A stretch of 64,000 nucleotides of DNA, from contig CM120640.1 of the NCBI GenBank assembly GCA_051362555.1, forward strand, positions 51,004,788 to 51,068,787, read 5' to 3'. Shown one piece after another: positions 52,401 to 61,933 of this stretch. The notes below the pieces were generated by a model. The model was not told the DNA's origin. It ran no database searches and worked only from the letters and a program-made list of their open reading frames with translations. Source of the stretch: Lingula anatina. Taxonomy: Eukaryota > Animalia > Brachiopoda. The position numbers were made by a program, and so were the translations under genes. Within the stretch, counting starts at the first letter, position 1; each line of letters begins with the position of its first letter.

Positions 52401-55400
52401 ATACAAACCAATATATTTTCATTCTTAGAGGTCTGTCAATAATAATCATCCTCTTATATAATTTAAAAACTCAAGTTGTATAACTATAGACAACAAAGTG
52501 CATTACAGTAAGCAAAATACAAATGAATAAGGAATGATGTCCTTGGATTATTTACATAACATACATACTTACAATTTTGAAAGATTTATGTTAATAAAGA
52601 GGAGATGATATCATATCATGTCGTGTCGTGTCGTATCGTATCATATCGTATCGTATCGTATCATATCATATCATATCATATACTGCCTGACAATGATCTG
52701 CTTTTGATGACATACTAGAATCTGTCAACATCAAATTAATTATAAGACTACCCATCTGACCCATATATATCTATATAGCAATCATTAACAAGGATATGCA
52801 TGCTCTGGAATATGACATTCAGGAAATTATGCAGTGACAGAAGGAATGTATCAAGCCATATTTTAGTAAAGTACATGCTAAAAGATGGGTTTTCTTCGGG
52901 ATTCTTGATGAATGGTAAAACTGAAAAAAAAAATAGAATTTAATCCTCATTATTCTACTAATATCTGTCTGCATTTATATCTGCATTACTTTTTCAAAAC
53001 AATCTCTAAAATTTATACCATGACTTTTTAGACATGACCAATTATCAATGCAAATGCCCTCAACAGGCTTGCACTGAATAAAATCTAATTTTATACAATT
53101 GTCTCCACCCATAAAATATTTTAATATCAAATTTACTATATCTGTTATCAGACATTCTTATTTATTATGGTGGTGGTGAAGAGCGGAGGGTGCAAGAGCA
53201 CCTGCCACTGTGTGCATGGAATCTTACCAAACCAGTCTTTCCACTCAACCTGGTTCTGCAGCTCAGAGGAAAGTCTTTCAAAAAACTCAGACACTCTGTC
53301 CATCCTATTATTCTGCACAGCATTGATAAGATAATATTTCAGCATGCTAACTTCCAGCTTTCTAATGCTTGATGCATACACCTGGTCTAGTCTAGAGAAG
53401 AGGCGACGGTCAAGATAAGCCCAGTATTCTCGAAGTTGTGCTAGTTCATATCCTGCTACATACAGTTGAAACTGTTCAATAATTTTATCCACCTACAAAG
53501 AATAAAATGTGCATTTGCTTGTTATGATTTACCTTCTAGTTTTTAATTATAAGAAGTAAATTAAAAGTTTGTAAATGTGCAGGATGTCCAGTACATGTAG
53601 TTATGCTGAACAATATACAGGAATTTTCCAAGAAAAAATAGTAAAATGAATTTCCATGCATAACTAAAACTGCAATGCACTTGTCAACCATTAATCAAAG
53701 TTAATCAAGTCCAAAATCCACATTTATTACAAATAAATTCAACACTAATACTGTAACATACGCTAGGCTGTCACCTTGATTGGATAGTAAACGGTTGTCG
53801 TAAAATCGCTAAATGATATTAAAACCCAGTGCATAAACTTGAAAACTACCTAGGACTACCTAGACTCGGTCCACTCCACAATCCAAATCAGGAAATGACG
53901 TAACCGCAGAGGTCGCATTGTCCAATGGCATGGCTTCTTTTTCATAATGGGAGGTTAGAGTGGACCGACTTAAACATCAGAGGTGGAATTTGGATATACA
54001 GTTTGATTGTGCGTATGCCATGCACGGAATTTACAAATGAGCGACAGGATGATGTAGCCTGCAGTATTTGCGGTAAGCGTGCCAAGTTTTAGGCCGCTCC
54101 GATGCCCGGCAGTATTTTATTTCGATTATTCTGTTTAAAATTGTAAATTCTTGTTTCACAAGCTTACTCTATTTTATTGTCTCTATGGAGGTATATGGGG
54201 ACTTTACGACTTTTCGGTTTGAAGGCTTTAACCACTTGTTATAGTTTATTTTAGCATTGTATTGGATTAATGTGGCAGTCTAAGGTAGTCCTTGGTGGTT
54301 TTCAAGTTTATGCACCGGGTTTTAATATCATTTAGCGATTTTACGACAACCGTTTACTATGGGCGGCCAAAAGGGCAAAAATTCATGTCGTCGATTCACT
54401 GCCTTCCCATCGATTCAGTTTCAAGTTTAAACGATCCTGTCATAAATTCAACATCTACATGTACTTTCGTCAATTCAATTATCAAACATTTCTCATCTAT
54501 GGTGTATTAAAACCAATGCTGTCACTATTTTCGTCGATCGTGTAACTAATCTCGTCGATCGTCAAACTGTTTTCGTCGATCGTGTAACTATTCTCGTCGA
54601 TCGTCTAATCTCATCGATCGTGTAACTATTCTCATCGATCGTCTCATCGATCGATCGCCAGAGGGCGCTGCGGTAGCAACACGTGCTTCTGTCTGTCAAT
54701 CACGCGGTAATTTTTTAACTCGGCCAGCCATGTTCAGAGTTAAGCACAACTAGAAAATAATGTCCCTACAACCGAATATCTTTTAATTATTAACAACTTA
54801 AATTGAAATTGTTGAGAAAATGTTCTTATTTCACTAGCAATCATTTTGTTGTCTGCCATTTTGATAGTCATGTGATAGGCCAATGTGCTACCGCAGCGCC
54901 ATCTGGCGATCGATCGATGAGACGATCGACGAGAATAGACGATCGATGAGAATAGTTACACGATCGACGAGATTAGACGATCGATGAGAATAGTTACACG
55001 ATCGACGAGATTAGTTGGACGATCGACGAGATTAGACGATCGACGAAAATAGTGACAGCATTGGTTTTAATACACCGTAGATGAGAAATGTTTGACAGTT
55101 GAATTGACGAAAGTAGATGTTGAATTTATGACAGGATCGTTTAAACTTGAAACTGAATCGATGGGAAGGCAGTGAATCGACGAAACATAACTGAATCGAC
55201 GACAGGATTTTTTGCCCTTTTGGCCGCCCATAGTTTACTATCCAATCAAGGTGACAGCCGAGCGTGCTGTAACACTAGAAGTACTAGTTCGCTGTACATG
55301 TAGTACTACTAGTACGCTGTACGGTACAATGTACATGTCCTGGTAGCCATGTAGTAGTGCATATTCAAAGACCTAAGGCTAACCCCAACCAAAATCAGAA

Positions 55401-55725
55401 CTCGTGAATTATATAGACATTTGGTAAATAAGTTTTTCTGATTCCAACATTTGTGTAAAATAGTCACAAAGGTTTAACTGAGATAAGGAAACTTGGGTCA
55501 CCGCCATGGCAGTGTTTGCTTAATTTAAGCCAAATGCCACATGCATGAATCAGTGTCAGTTTTACATCAGGTTGCTGTGTAATGTGCAATTATTGTTTCA
55601 CTTACACGAAATCCCTTGTCTTTCTCATTTTTAAGTTCGTTTTCGAAAGCTCGTAGCGTTGACGTGAGACCTCTAAATAACAAATAATCCTTCACTAAAT
55701 CGTCCAACTGGCCCGTAGCTGCCAT
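40447..55725 (-). CDS. WDR91: WD repeat-containing protein 91 (SORF-1 ortholog), about 747 aa, 16 exons
   Basis: Exons (minus): 55725-55606, 53492-53228, 52920-52798, 52355-52273, 52055-51916, 51740-51476, 44327-44120, 43872-43841, 43685-43591, 43461-43365, 43012-42918, 42765-42615, 42008-41900, 41430-41318, 41054-40857, 40596-40447. N-terminus MAATGQLDDLVKDYLLFRGLTSTLRAFENELKNEKDKGFRVDKIIEQ. WD40 region includes [25 protein letters not shown] and AHLGEVYSVQFSNDEN. The frame is continuous if intron 3 is AT-AC and intron 14 is GC-AG. Confidence 0.95.
41055..41317 (-). other. GC-AG intron in WDR91
   Basis: The exon ends ...GAT GGA AAG|GCGAGT and the next exon resumes in phase 0 (FLQWSVHK). Confidence 0.85.
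42274..42586. mobile_element. Foldback MITE family A, diverged short copy
   Basis: Arms gaggccattcagaatgagaagagccaagtgcta / tagcacttggctcttctcattctgaattgcctc. Shares the tacatgaaag and gtgagaggcggagagac blocks with the other copies. TSD AAA. Confidence 0.8.
44375..47014 (-). mobile_element. Non-autonomous Helentron-type element (HINE/DINE-1-like) with central tandem array
   Basis: Subterminal inverted repeats attgtaccaccagc (44410-44423) and gctggtggtacaat (47001-47014). Partial IR next to the latter (46984-46994). (gccgcagga)n microsatellite at about 46915-46950. Terminal hairpin GAGGCG-ATAC-CGCCTC (44389-44404). CTAGT end in a T-rich site on the minus strand. Confidence 0.8.
44570..46012. 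repeat. Tandem array of about ten 146-bp units
   Basis: The motif (gt)aggtcaaaggtcaa recurs at 44591, 44735, 44881, 45027, 45173, 45319, 45465, 45611, 45757 and 45903; period 146 bp (first interval 144). Confidence 0.95.
49535..50012. mobile_element. Foldback MITE family A, copy 2
   Basis: About 210-bp near-perfect inverted arms (gatcgcattcacaacgagttgagcca ... tggctcaactcgttgtgaatgcgatc); TSD CAA. Confidence 0.92.
50241..51156. mobile_element. MITE family B, copy 1 (916 bp, long TIRs with CGATCG subterminal repeats, 4-bp TSD CATA)
   Basis: Ends ttatgggtggccaaaagggcaaaa / ttttgcccttttggccgcccatag. Arms of about 340 bp contain tandem ctcgtcgatcgt units. Nearly identical to 54357-55233. Confidence 0.92.
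52356..52797 (-). other. U12-type (minor spliceosome) AT-AC intron, WDR91 intron 3
   Basis: 5' splice site ATATCCTT (52797-52790), branch point CCTTAAC (52370-52364), terminal AC (52357-52356). Splicing restores ...FQSM P LPPLLSFKEE in frame. Confidence 0.93.
52607..52682. repeat. (ATATC/GTATC/GTGTC)n compound pentanucleotide microsatellite
   Basis: Graded array of 5-bp units inside the U12 intron. Confidence 0.85.
53759..55266. mobile_element. Non-autonomous TIR element family C with 8-bp TSD, interrupted by MITE B
   Basis: TIRs of about 105 bp (tacgctaggctgtcaccttgattggatagtaaacggttgtcg... / ...cgacaaccgttta[MITE B]ctatccaatcaaggtgacagccgagcgtg). TSD ctgtaaca at 53751-53758 and 55267-55274. 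A terminal remnant of the same family is at about 61245-61285. Confidence 0.88.
54357..55233. mobile_element. MITE family B, copy 2, nested in the right TIR of element C (4-bp TSD TTTA)
   Basis: ctatgggcggccaaaagggcaaaa ... ttttgcccttttggccgcccatag flanked by ttta/ttta. Confidence 0.92.
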
Positions 55726-57348
55726 TTTTACTGCAGGTTGACCCGATTATCATTTATCAATGTCAGATATGAAACACAATCAACAGCTGCTGCAACTGAG
55801 AAGCCTAAACTAATGCAAACTTAACTGCATATGAATTTAACTGATATTTGTTATTAAAGATAATTGAGGAGGATATCATCAAAAGGCCGCATCCAACTGA
55901 CACAGTCGAGTCGAGTTATAAACCGGAAACGTGAATGTTGTAAACGTGCAGTATGAAAACGAGACTGGCGCTAGTTTCACTTTCAATGTTGTCATTGACT
56001 GGGGAAAAATCAAACGTGTAGTTCTCGCGAGTGGCATATGTTGAAGTTTTCGAATTTCCACTATATAAATGAAATGCATTTATGTTTTCTATTGCAGTGT
56101 GAGGGTTGCCTACCAAGTTGTAGAATACTTGGAACTTGTCTGTCTACTATCAGCATGTCCCTAGTGTGTATAACACAGGGTGGGGGTGCTTCGTCGATGT
56201 TTGAACTGATAGCAGATATTAGAACAGCCAGTGAGAATTCAACTCCCTTTACTGAGACATAAAGATACATTTCTTTGACCTTTTTGTCATCTCGATAAAG
56301 CAGGAAAGGTAACTTATACAGTCATTTCAATGTATAAATTCAACTGAAAAGGTATTTAAAGCAAAGAAATGAAATGTTAATTTACCACTCATAGATTGCA
56401 CTTAGTTTAAGCCAACTGGTACTGAATGTATCAGTCTTGTGTAGTATTAAAGATGTATAAAGAACTGCTAAAAAGGACCATGGTATTTCATTTGCAGATA
56501 TGATTTTTGTACCTGAAAAATCTCTGCCACTCGGGTTATCCCACGTACCACACGGAAGTTCGAGATCTAACAACTATCGACAATTTCTCTTTTTATTCAT
56601 AAATATAGTAGTTGTAAGACTATTCATGGGACCAGCCTATTTACAAATGATTTGTTATTTAGCACAAAATTACAGAATTCAGTTCAAGAGTCAAGGCCTC
56701 TGAATCCGTTTCAAGTAGTAATCAGCTCCTGTGTGGCTATTCTTGTATTGCACTTCCTACTTCTCCTTTGAATTAGACTAAACTGAATAGAAGTAGACTT
56801 GCTGCATGGTCAACAACTCATGATCATCCTCCATATCAATCTGCCCAGTATACAAATCATGTAGAGTGTTGTCAACATTTTGTCATATTTGACAAGGTTA
56901 ACTACTGTTTCAATGAAAAATCCTATGAAATACATAAATAACTAAATAAAATTGTAACCCCTATCACAGGGCATAAATGTGACCACAAACACAAAAACCA
57001 ATATACTTGCAATTTTTTTTTCACAATTGATAAACATATCACCTGTAAATGTAATTAATTTTCCTGTGTTTTACATAGCAATATAGCACAAATGTGTTCA
57101 CATGATACCTACACTAAATCCTCTATAAACATCGCATGAAGTTATATAGTATTAAATAAAACAGTTTAAGCTTATGACATTAATAAATATAATCTCTCAT
57201 TATCTAAAATATATCATTCTGTATGCATGGACATTTTTTCTTGATGCAGACAGACTCCATTGAATTAATCAAGAATTTAAATATGGTCATACATCACTAG
57301 TACAAAGATCACAGGCATGTTGAAAACTGGTGTCTGTCATTCATTTGC

Positions 57349-60300
57349 TCAATTCTTATTGCACTTGTATGCCCTGATTATGTCTTTGATTGGAGCTCTG
57401 CAAACTGGGCAGTTTGATCCTCTAGCCTTTAGTTGCAAGCCACAAGGATGACACATACAGAGATGCCCACACTGGTAAAGTACAGAATCTGCATTAGCAT
57501 CCAGACAGATAAGGCAGCGGGAGTCATCCACTGGGGGAGATCTGACAGTAGGTGGCGCCTCTGTAGTGGAACCTAGAAAAGATGGTGAGCATTTGTTATG
57601 AGGACATGCATGTTTGATGTTACACTGGAAATTTCCTTCAAGTTTGAAGCCTCTAGCAACTAGCAATGTTTTTACTATCAATCACAAGTTCACATAAATA
57701 TGGTGATTTACCGATGGAGAGGATATCTTACTAAATGTGAGTTTGTGTGTAAATCAGAAATATTGCCTAATTTAGCTCTTCTAAAATTAAAGACTTTATA
57801 TACACTGTGTGAAGGGGATATCTTTACCAACTCAAGAAGTGAATTAATTGGATTAGAAGCCTACCTAAAGCCTTAACAAGAGCAGCTGACACTTCCTGTC
57901 TAATGGCCCGCTGAATGTCCATCTGCAACTCAAAGCTGACCTTCAACATGTTCTTCATCTCCTCCATTTGTGCTTTCATTATCTGCATTTCACGGCTCAG
58001 ATAGGTGTTAGTCTATGAAAAACACAAAATGTTCATGGGTAAGTTTCCTTTTCAATATCTCTATTTTTTAATTACATCAATATGGTTGGTATTAAAAATC
58101 ACACTCTATAAGACATAAGTATATGTCATTTAATTTAATATTATAACAGCACAAATTACCTCATTAAGAAATCTCTAAAGTCAAACCTGTAAAATCATTA
58201 CAAAAATCAACAAGTTGTATAACTTCTGGCAGAAATACACAATGACATACTGGACATACTGATACTCTTCATACAATTTTTATATTAAAAATGTGCAATT
58301 CTTGATCACAGTTGCACAATGAAGTATTTTACCTGCTGATATGGTACAGTTGTGGCACTAACAACAGAGATGTTATCCATGTTATCAAACAGACCCTGGG
58401 GTGTTGGAATTCCAAGGTGTGAGAAGTCATTCCGTGGAACTGGAGCAGGAGGCAAAGACTGGATGAATTGCTGCACAGCACGACCATCAGAGTTAGTGTT
58501 TGCTAAACGATTCTGGAATGAACATGCATGTACAAATCATTTAAAGTGTTTGTCTCAGCAGACAAGGATGATGGGGCACAGACAGAATTAAGGCTAATTT
58601 CTTCGCTACATCTACTCATATTTCAAAAGGTCTTTCATCACAGTAATTTATTAATTATCTCATTCATTTTCAGTTTTGAGTGAAAATATGCAATGCTGGA
58701 ATCATCCTAAATAGGAATGCACAAATAATTTTCCCAATATTTCAATTAACATGAAAAAGAATCATTTCACTAAATCCTTCTTAACTAATTTTTTGTAGCA
58801 CTGATATCGGACTGAATGCTTTTTTCTTACCTGTATATGCATCTCCAGTAATGGCCTACTATCTCCTTCCAATGCAGATGTGACTAGCTGTCGGTGAAGA
58901 AGTTCACTGATTTCTTGAACAAGAGCTTCTTGCCTTACATCTTCCTCAAAGCCCCACGTATTCACTTGTTGTTGAATTCTGCAACCCGATTAAAAATTCA
59001 AACCCAAATAAGATTAGAAAGTATAATACTTGGTGATCAAAATGGGTTATTCTTAGTAACTAAGCAAAATCAGGGTTCCTAAGTTAAAGGGATAATAACT
59101 CTTTGTATGAGATCCATATTTAACAATAAAAACATTGTGAACAACTCATAGAAATATATATTCTGTTGTATCACAAAAACGGCAGTTATAGCTATTATTC
59201 TGATATCTGAGCTTGTCTTTAGACCACGTGACCTCCATTGATGGCTATAAAACAAAAACTTTTTAGAAAAAAAAACAGGGACTAACTTTGAATGTAAAAA
59301 TGGATTCATTAACCATTGGTAAATATTGGAAAATTGTCCAGGAAAATTCATTTTTTGGCCAAAACGAAGAGTTATTATCCCTTAAGCAATGACATAATAA
59401 AAAGAATATAATATAATTACTGACGACAAATAATTATTTACAGTATAATAATGCTGCTCAAGCACATTTTAGGCCTATAAAATGATATCAGGCCCAAAAA
59501 AACTGCATAACTGATTCAAATTAGATATCTATATCATGCGGATCAAATTGAAATAAGTAGCAGATATGGTGCTTTATTTTAACATTCAATTTTATCTAAT
59601 CAACTGCTATCATTATCTCCTGCACTCTGCCTCACCTTGCATCCTGTATCCACCTTTCATCAACAGGTACCCCCTGTTGTTGCTGTGCTGGTGTGTGATT
59701 ATCAGAGGGTGGTTGAACTTCCTGCCTTTGTACTTGTGCTTCCAGCGGTGAATTCTGCTGAGTTAAGGAATTGGGGGCTGGCGGAGGCCGTGGTATTCTT
59801 GCCCTGTTTACAGGTGGTACGGGGTTAGGGGCCGTCTGTCTGGGCGCTGCAGCTCCATAATCTGATGGATGAGAACTGGAGCTGCTTGAACTCACAATGC
59901 TGGTCTGACTAGGGACCCTTCTCAGTTCAGATACTTGTGTTTCTGTGGAATCTGCAGGACTTTGCCTGCGTGGCTCGTTTCTGCGTATACCACCAAGACT
60001 GCCTCGGATGATATTTTCTAAATTTTGTCTAAAACGTGCAGACTGCAAAATGGATGATACCCTTCTTTGCTCAAACAATCCACTTACTTCTACAACAATA
60101 GACTCAGGCCTATGTTGTTCTACACTATCAACATTAGCTGGGGCATTTTCTTTTTCATTTGAGGCAACACTCATTCTCTTGGCAAAGAAACTCTCTAACT
60201 GCTCTCTGCTATCGGTGCCAGATACAGGCCTCTCCCCATGTTGAATTCTTCTCAATTCATACATAATCTCACTGCAGTAAATGAATAAGAAAAATACGTT

Positions 60301-60617
60301 AGATATATAAAAATGAAATTAATAGATAAATAAGAGTTTAACTGCAAACAAATAAAACTATATAATTTTACACGTCAAATATAATCACAATGCAGGAAAC
60401 ATTCACTTTATTCACAAGTTTTTTTCAAACAGTGAATATGTGCATGAGACTGAAAGAAAGTGATGTGATGTGACGTACGGTACATACATACGTAATGCAA
60501 AGGCGCCTTAATAATAGTTAATTGATATTACCTTCTCTGTTTTTGCAACAACCTGTCCATTGAAGCCATTTCTGGGGTCAGGTGTTCCGAACTTGAAGAA
60601 GATTCTGTATCCGACAT
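57349..60617 (-). CDS. C3HC4 (neuralized/MGRN-type) RING finger protein with coiled coil, about 473 aa, resembling plant PIR1/PIR2/EDA18-family E3s
   Basis: Exons (minus): 60617-60532, 60271-59636, 58978-58831, 58512-58333, 58012-57865, 57572-57349, all in frame. C-terminal CLICLDANADSVLYQCGHLCMCHPCGLQLKARGSNCPVCRAPIKDIIRAY is preceded by MEEMKNMLKVSFELQMDIQRAIRQEVSAAL. No NHR domains are visible. Confidence 0.88.
59088..59382. mobile_element. Non-autonomous TIR element in a TTAA context (Kolobok-like)
   Basis: TIRs agggataataactct / agagttattatccct with ttaa on both flanks (the right one overlaps the TIR by one base). A degenerate relative is at about 39590-39740. Confidence 0.6.
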
Positions 60618-60935
60618 ACCTCTTGCAGCCAAAGGCATAAAGTTTTCAACGTTCTAATCATAACCGCCGGTAACTCGGCCTTTATATCCTGTTGTTAGGT
60701 ATCACTAAAAATAGAGCTGATGTTGGTGAATGATTCATCATCCACAGTGAGGTAATTTTAACGAGATCCGATTGGTTAATCCTGAGTATAGGTCATTCTT
60801 CTCTGCATTTATTGGTTGGTGTATATAGGTCAAAATGTAGTCTGCTTTAAAACAGATCTTGGGGTTGCCCTAGTATTCCTGTGACATAATCATTGTGAAT
60901 TTACTGCAAACTACTTACCGTTGCAATGGCAGCAG
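60618..60935. promoter_or_regulatory. Compact bidirectional promoter between the RING gene (-) and CCDC172 (+)
   Basis: Only about 310 bp separate the divergent ATGs. Two ATTGG (CCAAT) boxes at 60771 and 60811. X-box-like gttgcaatggcagc overlaps the CCDC172 ATG, and gttgccctagta lies near 60864. Confidence 0.6.
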
Positions 60936-61863
60936 CCTTAGACGATTTATTTGGGCAGATTCTCATATCAGAACAAAAGGCACAGGAAAGAAAATCGCAG
61001 TTGAATGAAGGTAGATTATGATATAAAGATTTCACGGACAAATTTAAATTCATTTCAGAAACTTCTCAATCTAGATTGATTAAAATCAAATTATGTCAAA
61101 GTTTGTTAACACTATCTATTAAAGAGTAAAATTACCTGAATGTACATGCACGGAAAGAACTGTATTCGTGCTCGAAAGGATGCTTTCAATTTCATTTGTA
61201 AAAGGATATCGAGTTTATTTTTATTATTGCTTCGAGCCTAAGCCCACGCTCGGCTGTGCCGAGCTGTCACCTTGATTGGTTAGAAAGCGATTGACATTAG
61301 ACTATTGAGGATTCATGTTAATTCACCGTATAGATCTTAAGGAAAATAGAAGTATATATATTGATGCACCTTTGAAGATCTACATTACAGTTGTAAAATA
61401 CAATCCGAGCTTTCGGCCCTTGGGCCTTCTTCGGGGATTATGAACAAAAAGTGAAAAAACAAACTCCTAGGATACGTGACGTCGGTGATGTTACAACTGT
61501 AATTTAGATCTTCAAAGTTGCATCAATACATTAGACTATTGAAACACGCCCTGAGCAATCCAACCTTGGGAAACATCCCTATGTGCAAGGGTTTTTTCAG
61601 TTAGAAGGTTCATTGCACCAACATTAGGCCAACAAACTACTTAATGTGTGTTCAGGTGACTGGGTTCAAATTAATAACATGGATTCTTTTTTTTTTTTTT
61701 TTTTGTCATTTGTAGACACCTGTAGATCTACATATAATTTTGATTTTTTTGCAGTTAAAACAAATCTTGCTCATACAAGAAAGAAAATAGAAGAAAGTGA
61801 GGATGAAATTCATTCTCTACAACTACAACTTTCAGCAAAGGTAACAGCTAGCTCCATGAAAAA

Positions 61864-61933
<70 letters not shown>

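Noticed and set aside
57349-57572. Calling the RING gene 'neuralized'
   Set aside because: Only the RING type is similar; no NHR/NEUZ domains are encoded in the upstream exons.
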